NCBI GenBank assembly: GCA_963818475.1
Contig: CAWFSF010000006.1
Coordinates: forward strand, 1,600,001 to 1,664,000
DNA length: 64,000 nt
Origin: Nitrospirota bacterium
GTDB taxonomy: Bacteria; Nitrospirota; UBA9217
Reading direction: 5' to 3'
This document shows, piece after piece, positions 53,934 through 64,000 of this stretch; position 1 is the first letter of the stretch; every line of letters begins with the position of its first letter. The notes below the pieces were generated by a model that did no database searches, was not told the origin of the DNA, and saw only the letters and a list, made by a program, of their open reading frames with translations. Made by a program: the position numbers and the translations under genes.

Positions 53934-54299
53934 GTCATCTTTCCAAGAGCAAATTCGCAGTAATATCAGTATGGTGGTGTGATTGTAGCAAATTTGCCAG
54001 AAGATGCAAATTCCTATTTAAATAATCGTTCGCGTTTTAAAACCCCGTTTTAGACGATGTCTTCCCTATCGCCCATCGAGGTCGCGAAGTCATATGTATT
54101 TTCTGGCCACAACGCCACTTCGCGTTAATCGTAGTGCTGAACGGAAAGGTGGAACATGACGTTTTTTATATTGAGTTGAGATCGTGAGGTAAAAAATGAT
54201 GACCACGTATCAAAGAAGGACGACCCGATCCCATCGCCCACCGCAGCCCGGTATGACTTCCCCCTGTTGCGGATTTCTTCACAGCAGTACCGTTGTCAT

Positions 54300-54857
54300 T
54301 CACAGTACGAAAGGAATAAACATCTTCGTCCGTTTCATATAGTCATGGTAAGCAGTGCCGAAATACAGCAGGTTCTCTCGTTCCTCAACCCTGGCGGCAA
54401 TAATGACGCTCAGCGTCGCCACAATGGCAAGAAGACCGGCTTGCCATGAGGGGATAAATAAAAAAGAACCCCAGATCAGCAGAAGGTAGGAAGAATAGAG
54501 CGGATGGCGAACGTATTTATATGCTCCAGACGTGACCAGAACAGTCGTTTTTTCGACCGGGAGCAATGTCGGGTCGTCCCGTTGATTGTCGGGCCTTCCG
54601 TCCCTGTGCAGCAAAAGAAATCCATGGATCCCCAGGATCCCGGAGAGTATCAGGCACGCGATCGCCAGGTAGTGGTGCGTGCTGGACGGTTGATAGGCGC
54701 GAATGTTCAGGTTCAGCAATATGAGCGCCACAACCGCTTCCCAGGCGAAAAACCGGTAAAACCCATGGGAGCGATACCTGCGCAATGATTCTCGTGAAAT
54801 ATGATAAAGCGCAACGGACACGACGACAAAAACAGCAAGCTTGAACATCGTCAGCAT
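54300..54857 (-). CDS. Isoprenylcysteine carboxyl methyltransferase/PEMT-family membrane protein
   Basis: LVTSGAYKYVRHPLY, EE..L..FG..Y..Y...T..FIP. Confidence 0.88.
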   Translation of the reverse strand: MLTMFKLAVFVVVSVALYHISRESLRRYRSHGFYRFFAWEAVVALILLNLNIRAYQPSSTHHYLAIACLILSGILGIHGFLLLHRDGRPDNQRDDPTLLPVEKTTVLVTSGAYKYVRHPLYSSYLLLIWGSFLFIPSWQAGLLAIVATLSVIIAARVEERENLLYFGTAYHDYMKRTKMFIPFVL

Positions 54858-54942
54858 AGTATCAAAGCCCTTCAAACTGCGAGATTAGCTGCTAAGGCGA
54901 ATGCATGTAAAGAGCTGTTTATGGTGAACCGAAACAGTCCTT

Positions 54943-57572
54943 TCACAGCTGTGTATCCGCCCTGCGCTTTACAAACTCTTTCTCGTCCTCCGGCGTCCCT
55001 ACCTGCTCATCTAGCTTTGCATCCAAAAGCTCGGCGAGGATCTTTTTGTATTGCGGCCCCGGCGGGATACCGAGCTGTTTCAGATCGTCTCCCGTAAGCG
55101 CCACGGTAACGCCGCGCAGATGGGTTAGGTAGAGAGAGATGTACTTCCTGGCCCGCTCCTGCCTGGCCTTCGCCATCATCAGCAGGATCGACTCAATATC
55201 CAGAGGATGAAGCAGAGCGTACACGCGGCTCGGCGCAAGCAACGGTTCACGCGACAGAATGGGAAGCACATCATGGCAGCGGACCCGTGCCAGCCGGATC
55301 CGCTCCCGGATGCGTACCGGCACAGCCAGCCGTTCAAGCGACTCCTCCGCCTCGGGACCCTTTAGCCGGTCGAGTAAGCCGAGAAAATAGACGAAACCTT
55401 TATCGATCGGTATATCGAGATAGAGCAGCCTGAACCAGGTAAGACTCTCGCTCAGGCCGTCAAAGAGCTTGTCCGTGTTCGGGGTCACCGTGAGCGACGG
55501 GTGGATGAACTTCAGCAGATCGAGCTCCTTCATGCGCTTTAAGCCTTTAATGGGCTCTGCCTCGGCGAACATGAGCACCAGTTCGGTATAGATGCGCTCG
55601 CCCGTGAGCCGGTCGAAGAGCCGCATGGCAACTGCGGTCTTGATCATGTTTTGCGTATGTTTGCTGATCTTGAAGTCGAAGCGCTGTTCGAACCGGATCG
55701 CCCGCAGGACCCGGGTCGGGTCTTCCACGAAGGACAGGTTGTGCAGCACGCGGATGGTCTTTTCCTTGATATCGCGCAGACCGCCGAAGAAATCGATGAG
55801 CTCACCGAACCGTTTCTTCTGCAGCCGCACGGCAAGGGTATTGATCGTGAAATCACGCCGGTAGAGGTCCTTCTTGATGGACGACAGCTCGACTGTCGGC
55901 AGCGCTGCCGGCGATTCGTAATACTCAAGCCGGGCCGTTGCAATGTCTATCTTAAGCCCTTTCGGCAGCACGACCACGGCGGTCCCGAACTTCTGGTGCG
56001 TCCTGAGCCTGCCGCCGGTCTTGTTGGCAAGCAGGCCCGCAAAGGTGATCCCGTCGCCCTCGACCACGATATCGACGTCGAAATTCGGCACGCGCAGGAA
56101 CAGGTCGCGCACGATGCCGCCGACCAGATACACGGGAAAGCCTGTTTCTTCGGAGACCTCTCCGACGATCGTCAATGCATCGCGAACATCCGCGGGGAAC
56201 CGCTCCTCCATAAAGTGTCTGACATTCCTGCGGACCTGACTAACGGCGCCTTCAACGTCTCCGGACAGGTCCTGCAGGCGCTCTTCGTGCAACGAGCGCA
56301 GCAGGTCGGTGCGGGTTATGGCTCCCACGATCGCTCCGCCCCGGTCGAGGACCGGGATGAACCGCTGATGCTCTTCGATCATGATCCGCTCCACCACGTC
56401 CATGGGCATGTCCGGCGCTGCTGCCGGGCCGCCTGAGGTCATGAACGCTTCAACGGGCTGTTCGCCGAGGCCGTGAAAGAGCGCCTTCTGCACAACCTCC
56501 CGCGTTATGATGCCCAGAAACCGTTCTCGCTCCACCACCGGCAGCACATTGACGCTGAAGCGGGTCATGGCCTCGCCTGCCGCGTGAATGGTGCTGCCCA
56601 GGGGAACGGTCTTGACCGGAGCGGTCATGATCTCGCTCGCGATCCTGCCCGGAATGATGTGGCGTTTCAACACATCGATGAGCCGTTCCCGTGCCTGCAG
56701 ATAGGTCATGTCCCGGGCAACGGCAGAAGCAGCAGAGGCATGGCCGCCGCCGCCGAACTCTTCGAGGACCCTGCCGACGTTCACCGCGGGGATCCGGCTT
56801 CGGGCGATCAGATGGGTCTTTGTCTCCCATCTGCACCACGAGAAACAGCGTGTCAAGACCCTGGGTCTCCCTGATCTTATGCGCCAGGTTCGCGAGGTCC
56901 GGCACGTACTGCGGGGTTGCCATGGCCGCGATCACCACGGGAACGCCGTTGATCTCATAGCTTTTTGCAGACGTGACGAGGTCGTTCAGGACCGCGACCT
57001 GTTCGACCGTAAGTTCCCGGGAGAGGAAATCGGATACCACATTCAGATGAGCGCCCTGCGAGATCAGATAGGCCGCAGCCAGGGCGTCCCGTTCAGTGGT
57101 CGATACGAAGGTGAGCGAACCGGTCTCTTCATAGATGCCGAGCGCCAGGATCGTGGCTTCGGTCGGCGTGATCGGGACCTTTCTGCTGCTGCAAAAGCTC
57201 CACCATGATCGTGGTGGTGGCGCCGACCTCCTGCACGACCTCGACGTCGCCCCGGATATCGCCCTCTGCCGCGGGATGGTGATCAAAGACCAGCACGGAA
57301 ACGCCCGGCCTGCCGAGCACTCCGGCAAGCTTGCCGAGCCGGGCCGGATTTCTGTTATCCACGATGATGAGCTTCGTTACGTTTTCGATATCGATGTTCC
57401 TGAGCCGTTCGGTCTCTACGGCATAGAACGCGGACTCCAGGAAAAAATCACGCATGTTCTTTTCCTGCGATCCAGGGAACACGATCGTGGCCTCCGGGTA
57501 GAGCTTTTTTGCCGCGACCATGGAGGCAAGAGCGTCGAAATCAGCGTTCGTATGACTGGTGATGATGTCCAT
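54943..57572 (-). CDS. DHH-CBS-tRNA nucleotidyltransferase, probably A-adding type (frameshifts near 57180 and 56820)
   Basis: H.NADFD, DHH, GGGH..AASA, CBS pair, VGGIVRD, DVD, RRDFTIN, EDPTR.LR. Confidence 0.9.
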
Positions 57573-57577
57573 AGGTC

Positions 57578-57699
57578 AATTTCGAATTGCGGATTTTCAA
57601 TTTCGGATTTCGAATTGCGGATTTCGGATTATACGCCTTGAGCATCATTACCTGTTTCTCCTTCTTTCATTCGCATCCGAAATCCGCAATCCGCAATTC
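57578..57699. repeat. Family B heptamer inverted repeat
   Basis: Seven-unit arm 57578-57630 and complementary arm 57670-57699. Confidence 0.85.
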
Positions 57700-57702
57700 T
57701 CC

Positions 57703-58584
57703 CTATCCTCTCGGATGGTGCTTCTCATGGATCTGCCTGAGCCGCTCCCTCGATACGTGCGTATAGATCTGCGTTGTGGAAATATCGGAATGGCCAAGCA
57801 TGGCCTGCACGGCACGCAGGTCCGCTCCGTTGTCAAGAAGATGGGTGGCAAAGCAATGGCGCAGCGTGTGGGGCGAAATGGAGGAGGTGATGCCGGCCGT
57901 GCGGGCGTGGAGTTTGATCCGCTCCCAGAACATCTGCCGGGTTATCCCCCGGCGGCGAGCGCTGATAAACAAAAATTCGGAAGCGCCGTTTTTCAACAGG
58001 AGCGGCCGCGCACGCTCCAGGTAGCTCCTGACGGCGACTGCGGCTGCTTCTCCCAGCGGCACGGCCCGTTCCCTGGAGCCCTTCCCCATCACCACGAGAA
58101 ACCCCCGTTCGAGGTTCAGGTCCTCTATCCTCAGCCCCACAAGCTCGCTCACCCTGATCCCCGTTGCGTAGAGCAGTTCGAGCATGGCCTTGTCCCGAAG
58201 ACCGAGCAGGGTCGACCGGTCAGGCTGAGCCAGAAGCGCGTCGACCTCGAACATCGAGAGGGTTTTGGGCAGGCGCTTCCATCCCCTTGGCGTTTCCAGG
58301 TTTACGGTAGGGTCGCTCTGCGCCAGGCTGTCGATCTGAAGGAATTTATGGAAGCCGCGCACCGCTGCAAGATTGCGGGCGATCGACGGAGCAGCGATCC
58401 CGGAGCCCGTGAGGTCTGACAGAAAGGCGTTCACGTCGGAGGGAGTGATGTCGTCGGGATCCTTTCCGCGCATGGTGTAAAAGTATTTCTTCAGGTCCCG
58501 TTCATATGATGCCAGCGTGTTGGGAGCAAGGCCTTTTTCCACGGCAAGATATGTTAAAAATCTGGTTTGCAGATCCTGTTCCAT
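57703..58584 (-). CDS. xerD: Tyrosine recombinase XerD
   Basis: LYATGIRVSEL, GKG..ER, SPHTLRH.FATHLL, LGHSDISTTQIY, HHPRG. Confidence 0.95.
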   Translation of the reverse strand: MEQDLQTRFLTYLAVEKGLAPNTLASYERDLKKYFYTMRGKDPDDITPSDVNAFLSDLTGSGIAAPSIARNLAAVRGFHKFLQIDSLAQSDPTVNLETPRGWKRLPKTLSMFEVDALLAQPDRSTLLGLRDKAMLELLYATGIRVSELVGLRIEDLNLERGFLVVMGKGSRERAVPLGEAAAVAVRSYLERARPLLLKNGASEFLFISARRRGITRQMFWERIKLHARTAGITSSISPHTLRHCFATHLLDNGADLRAVQAMLGHSDISTTQIYTHVSRERLRQIHEKHHPRG

Positions 58585-58639
58585 TCAGCATGCCCCGGAG
58601 AAGAAGATCGCAATTATTATTTCCGATTGTATGTCATTA

Positions 58640-59773
58640 CTACTTAAATAGCAAGCAACGGGGGGAAAAGACTGGGCGCAGAGAGGAAGTTGAACACTGA
58701 GAGAACGGCAGAAACACGGTTTGGGCAAAGCATCGGAATTTCAGCTCAGCAGCGGTCTTACGGGTATCTTTCAAATATTGAAAGACCTCGATCCGCTTGT
58801 TCAACTGGTCCGCCACATAGATCCGGTCCTGCTCATCGATGGAGATGCCGCCGGGCAGGTGCATCTGGCCCGGTTCAGGCCCTATTGAGCCGACATAGAG
58901 AAGCACGTTCCCCTGCTGGTCAAAGACCTGAAAGTTGCTGAACGCCGCATCAGTGACATAAATATGGCCTGCCGAATCCAGGGCGACTCCCTTGGGATTT
59001 GCAAAAAGGCCGGCCCGGTCGCCTACGGCGCCGAACTTGAACAGAAAGGCACCCCTGGCATCGAAGACCTGCACCCGGAAGTTGCCGCTGTCGAGGACAT
59101 ACAGTTTGTCATCTGCACCGATGGCAATGGCGAGGGGCACATTGAACTTTCCGTTGACGTCGCCAAAAGATCCGAAGGTGAACAGCTGCTGCCCCTGTTT
59201 GTCCAGAGCGATGACCTGGTGGCGCTGACGGTCCACCACGTACAGGATGCCGAGCCGCTCGTTGATAGCCAGTGCCACCGGTTTGCCTCTATCAACGGCA
59301 TAGGACGTCCGGTATCTGCCGTTCCCGTCGTAGACCATCACCTTCGCATTGCCGGCATCGGCTACGTAAATAGCGCCCGGAAGCATCTGATACCGCGGCA
59401 ACCGGAAATCGCAGCGTGCCGTCCCCGCCCACGACCCTCATGCGTTTCGCGGTGAGATCAAGGACCTCAACGAACTTCGCGCCGATGTCCGTAGATAAGG
59501 ATCGTCCCGCGAGCTGCAAACACGCTATAGGGGCGTTTCAGCGTATCATCATATTCCTTGCCGAAAAGACGCTCCTTCAGCGAGTAGATTCTGCCGATGT
59601 CGTCTTCAGTATAGATCGACTGGACATATTTGATCTTCGGCTGGCTCGGCGGCGGGGGCCACACCAGGTCGGTAGGTTCAAAACGCTGCACAGCAGGGCT
59701 GCAAGCTGCGCTGATGAGAACGATGCCTGCACAGCGATGCACAATATCGAGAGAGTGTCCGCAAAAAAATCAT
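58640..59773 (-). CDS. NHL-repeat beta-propeller lipoprotein (frameshifted; start approximate)
   Basis: LVWPPPP..PKIKY N-terminal motif; repeated F..P.G.A.D..G.IYV.D..N.R.QVF. Confidence 0.8.
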
Positions 59774-60788
59774 TTTATGTACTGAAACTCCTGGACCCGG
59801 CTATTCATCTGGTCGGCAACGTAGATCATACCGCGGTCGTCTATAAAAATACCCGCGGGCAGCCAGAAATCGCCGACGAGCCTTCCGGTTTTACCCCAGG
59901 TGAGCACCAGCGTTCCCCCGTTGTCGTACATCAGCACATTGCTGCTCGCTTCATCGGTCACCAGCACCCGCCCTTCCGCATCAACCGCGATCCCCAGGGG
60001 CTTCAGCGATGCCGCAGACGCATCGCGGGACAGTTTGAATGAGCGGACATAACGGCCATCCCTATCGTAGATAAGCTACCCGTCTTGCGCCGTCCGTCCA
60101 GAACGTAAACAGCGCCGGTCCGGTCGAGAGCCACTGCCACGGGATATTTCAGTTCCCCGGGGCCGCTGCTCGTCCCAACGTCGTACAGGAACATCCCCAT
60201 ATTATCAAAGACTTTTACCACATGAGCGTGTGCATCAGCCACATAGAGCTTGTTTCGTTTTTTATCGACCGCAAGCCCTGCAGGAAACTGCAGCTCGCCT
60301 TTTTTCCCTATCGTATACAGGTTCCGCCCCTGCAGGTCGTAACCGAAGACCCTGCCTTGCTGGGCGTCAGCCACAAAAATAATACCAGCGGCATCAACAA
60401 CGATGCCGGAGGGATCGAGCAGATTTACCCCATTTGCCTTATCAAGGATCGTCACTGTTCTGGCGCCGCGGTCGAACACGAACACCCGTGCCGGTGGGCC
60501 TGACCGGTCCGTTACGTACACTTTGAAGTCGTCAGCATATACACTGTTCGGCCGCTGAAGAGACAGCTGAAGATCCGAGGTCGTGGGAGCGCTCAAGATA
60601 ATGCCCTCACGCCACCCCTCGCCGGCCAGGCTCTCCTGATTGCGAAGCGTCTCGACGAAGCGCATCCGCGGTCCGGCCGACAACTCCTGCCCGTCGTCGG
60701 CTCCGGCGAGCAGAGTACAACCGCCGACGACCAGGGATACCAGCGCTACGCTGCCTGCCAGCATCAGTGTTGCATTGATTTTCTTCAT
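59770..60788 (-). CDS. NHL-repeat beta-propeller lipoprotein (frameshifted near 60000-60075)
   Basis: Lipobox-like VVGGC; NHL repeats in ORFs 60003-60836 and 59770-59967. Confidence 0.8.
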
Positions 60789-60845
60789 ATACCGTCTCAT
60801 GGTTCCAGACAGTTCATCGTACTGTCCCCCGAACATCCAAAATTT

Positions 60846-62730
60846 TTAAACTTTTTTCCTGTGGCAAAAACGACACTGATCGAAGCGTCTCCTGCACGCC
60901 AAAGGCAAAGAGATAACTGCTTTCTGCGCTATGCGGTTCGTGACAACTGACACAGGTCAGCGGCTTCCCGCGCCGCGACGGATCACGCTTATATTTTGTC
61001 GGGTGGCTGAGCTTTCTCTTCTTTTTTTTCCCAGTGCCGACCAGAACATGCCGTTCCGTGGCTTTTTCATCGTGGCAGGTCACACACAGGTCCCACACGG
61101 GTTTTCTGAGCCAGGCGGCGTTTTCACTGGCATGGGGATCATGGCAAAGCGTGCAGAAGCCTGCATCAACGGGTCCATGTTTGAACGATCTGCTCATAAC
61201 ATCGTTGTGACACTTAAGACAGGCATCACGTATGGTAGAGCTCTCGACCACCGGCATCTTCGGATCAAAAACCCGGGAACGCGCGGGGCCGTCGTTTCCA
61301 TAGGACAGGTTGATCGTATCAGAGATGGCCCCTTCATCGATTGCATCAAAGATGGTCACTTCTTTGTTCTTATCCTTGCTTTTGACCTTCCTATCCCTGG
61401 TTTTGACGACAAATACCAGGGTCTCAGCACTGTTCGCTTCCATCTCGCCCAGTTCCCACCGCACTTCATCGGCTTTGACTGTCGGGACTACTGCCTTGCC
61501 ACGGTAGTAGCTGCTGCCGGCCACATATTGCATGTTCTTTTCCAGTTTTTCCGTAATTCGGAGCTTTTTTACTACCGGGCCCTGCGCATACTGAAGGCTC
61601 ATGAGCACCTGTTTGCGATTTGTCAGGATCGGGAGCTTTTGACTGTTGACCACCTTGACATCGGCTGGATAGACCACGATTTCGATGCGGTTATTCAATT
61701 CCCGGCCTTCCGGCGTAATGTCAGGGCTCTTGGCAAGCCGGTCGCCCATGCCCACGGCAGTGAAACGCTTCAACGGTATTTCATTCGCTTTGAACAACGC
61801 TGACAGCGTCCGGGCCCGCGCCTGGGTAAGCGCCAGATTACTTTTGAATGGCTGTTTTTTCTCCTTCTGCTTCGGCAGGGGCTTCTTGTCAGTGTGGACC
61901 TCAATGAGCATCCGCTCACCCGGGCTCTGCTTCAGATAGGCGAAGACATCTTTCATCAATTCCCTGGCCTTCTCTTTGTCAGTAAAGGCAGCAGAGAGGG
62001 GATTAAAAAGGCTTTCTGCGGCAAAGGTGAATACCCGGGGTACGACAGGCTGGATCAACTTTGAGGCTTTCCAGGGGTCGACGGCCGCGAACTGGTACTT
62101 TACCGGATAAAGGTCCGGATTATGGCACGACAGGCAATACCAGACCGCTGCTGGTCCGTGGACATGCCGGCCTGTAGGAATGCTCCGATGGCAGGTGTAG
62201 CAGATCGCTTCTTCAGGCTTGTTGGGAGGTGACGCGGGAGAGGTTGCCTCAAGTTGGTGGCAGCCGGAGCAGGCAGCCTCATTGTCCCTTGAGTGAAACA
62301 AATCAGGCGCATATCCCTCAGGTGCCTTCCGTCCGGTATAAAGCTCCACCTTGCTGAAGACGCTGATCTGACGGACCAGAACTTCCTTAAACTCTTTTTT
62401 CAGTTCCGTTCCTTTGTCGTCCTTCTTCCCGGCATCAACAAGGAGCAGGACCTTTACGGTGATGGTGTTCATCCCCGGTTGCAGGTCCAGGCCCTGAATC
62501 GCATGCCGTCCCGAGGAAGTATCAATGACCTCAGATACCGTCCCGCCGACGACTACTTGAAAATAAGGCACCGTTGACCAGTCCGATGCCGGATCAAGCA
62601 CCAGATTTACCTTGTTGCCGACAACAGAGTTCGGCTTCGGATAGATAACAGAAAGCGCCGACGGTTCTGCTGTCGCAGCAGAGGCAACCAGGGCGCTCAT
62701 TATGAACATGAAGAGTGTTCTTAGAACCAT
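60846..62730 (-). CDS. Multiheme cytochrome c (7 CxxCH in frame, 8th after a frameshift) with internal OmpA-like domain
   Basis: Signal peptide; CSGCH, CYTCH, CLSCH; IEVHTD..SN.ALT.ARA..G.G..NNRIEI; CLKCH, CTLCH, CVTCH, CVSCH; alternative frame gives QCRFCHRKKV-stop at 60846. Confidence 0.85.
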
Positions 62731-62774
62731 CGTGCGCAGGCCCCGACAAGAAGGGTTGAGTTCAGCAGGTGCGA

Positions 62775-64000
62775 TCATTTTCCGTTTATCCGCATCTCCC
62801 GTGAATACTTTTTCTCGCCATGACAGCCGGGCGCACAGGTGCCGCCAGTCGCGGTCTTCGTAAAATCGATCGGCATTTTCCATCCGCCTAACACGAGCGT
62901 CTCCCTGATATGCACCGGAGTGCCGTTCGAGGCATGCACCTCATGGCAGGCGCGGCAGGCCCTTCCCTTTCCATTCTTGTTCACATGAAGAAAGTGGAGG
63001 TTCCGCGAGCCATCCCTGAAATTCGTCTCGCTCGTTGTTGTGAGCTTCTTGAACGCCGCCTTGTCATGGCAGCCGAAGCAGAGCGCATAATTTCCTTCGG
63101 CAAAGGGGGTATAGAATGCCGAAGAATAATTCTTTGCCAGTATCCTCCAGTAATCGGAACCATGGGGGTTATGACAGGCGACGCAGTTTCCGCTCTTTGT
63201 CGGGCCATGGCTGTCCTTGTTGGCCGCGAGAAACGACTTCATGTCAATGATCGCACCCTGTCCGGTCGTCAGCTCTTTGTTGTGGCACCCGAGGCAGAGA
63301 TCCATCTCCGCCACAGGAAGAAGCCGGGGCTGATCAGAGAAGTGGGGGTCGTGGCAGTTCATGCAGGCCTTCGCATCGTTCATGGGGCCATGCGGGGAGA
63401 TCGCTTTTTTCACAAGGGCGGTTTCGTTCGGATGGCAGGTGGAACAGACCCCGGGGACCGCATCGATCAGCATGGCTTTATTTGCCGAGCCGTGAGGGCT
63501 GTGGCACTGGGTGCAGGATTGCTTCACCGGGGGATGCACTGTCTTTTTCGTTTTTATGCCCTCCTCCTTGTCCGGATGGCACATAAAACAAAGAGAACTC
63601 TCCTCCTGGATCAGGCGGTTCGGGAAATCGCTCTGGTGATTGTCGTGACAACCTGAACAATCGCCTGCAGCCACGGGAGGGTGCATGTTCGCCTGTTTCA
63701 TCATATCTTCAGGATGGCACTGAAAACAAAGCTTCGGCAGCGCCTCCTTGAGCATTCCCTTATTCGCGGACTGATGCGGGTTGTGGCAGGAGATGCAATC
63801 ACCACCCATGACCGGCGCATGAACCGTTTTCTTTTTATCCTTCGGCTCGTGGCACATATTGCAGAGGTCGGCGCCTTGCTGGGACAAGGTGATCGTCAGA
63901 TTATCCGGATGCTTGGTCTTTTTATTGGTTTCCGCGGTCACCGTGTGGCAGGTCGTACACATGCCCTCTTTCACAGGATTATGCACAAACTTATCCGTCC
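62775..64000 (-). CDS. High-molecular-weight multiheme cytochrome c (5' end outside window)
   Basis: 13 CxxCH plus one CxxxCH (CAPGCH) in HxP..G.CxxCHxPH / LCxxCH paired repeats. Confidence 0.93.
   Translation of the reverse strand, partial: TDKFVHNPVKEGMCTTCHTVTAETNKKTKHPDNLTITLSQQGADLCNMCHEPKDKKKTVHAPVMGGDCISCHNPHQSANKGMLKEALPKLCFQCHPEDMMKQANMHPPVAAGDCSGCHDNHQSDFPNRLIQEESSLCFMCHPDKEEGIKTKKTVHPPVKQSCTQCHSPHGSANKAMLIDAVPGVCSTCHPNETALVKKAISPHGPMNDAKACMNCHDPHFSDQPRLLPVAEMDLCLGCHNKELTTGQGAIIDMKSFLAANKDSHGPTKSGNCVACHNPHGSDYWRILAKNYSSAFYTPFAEGNYALCFGCHDKAAFKKLTTTSETNFRDGSRNLHFLHVNKNGKGRACRACHEVHASNGTPVHIRETLVLGGWKMPIDFTKTATGGTCAPGCHGEKKYSREMRINGK

Noticed and set aside
54083-54124. CGCGAAGT-N26-ACTTCGCG inverted repeat
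   Set aside because: Single short occurrence with no supporting context
10830-57699. Repeat arrays as CRISPR
   Set aside because: 7-nt tandem units without unique spacers; no cas genes
57703-58584. Tyrosine recombinase as a prophage or island integrase
   Set aside because: Length and motifs match housekeeping XerD, and no mobile genes are adjacent
4452-63656. Many long plus-strand ORFs (e.g. 7079-8401, 11070-12197, 15488-16720, 47738-48841, 51344-52351)
   Set aside because: Each lies opposite a well-supported minus-strand gene

Overview
Bacterial chromosomal window, GC-rich apart from AT-richer stretches at about 32.8-34.3 kb and 37.2-40.2 kb. Gene content suggests an anaerobic diderm resembling Nitrospirota or deltaproteobacteria; taxonomy is inferred, not shown. 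Nearly all genes are on the minus strand. Many carry apparent single-base frameshifts, including essential pheS/pheT, so most are probably sequencing or assembly errors. Contents in order: (1) 1-14.5 kb, a type II FAS/PKS specialised-lipid cluster with two radical SAM enzymes and export genes; (2) tRNA-Phe, purF, purB, nusB and rib genes; (3) a NikR-controlled nickel ECF transporter region and fdhD; (4) 29.3-41.9 kb, an accessory secreted-protein locus: a transglutaminase-like protein with an NlpC/P60 tip, a YARHG protein and a ~2,580-aa multidomain exoprotein, behind a lux-box-like promoter; (5) a vapBC pair between two related palindromes with the same 6-bp spacer; (6) archaeal-type PheRS, queA, a Na/Pi transporter, a tRNA nucleotidyltransferase and xerD; (7) NHL-repeat lipoproteins and multiheme cytochromes. 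Several families of heptamer-based and palindromic intergenic repeats occur throughout, and some copies sit inside the coding sequence of the secreted proteins. The strongest candidate for a poorly described system is locus (4), a possible quorum-regulated polymorphic toxin/immunity/scaffold system.
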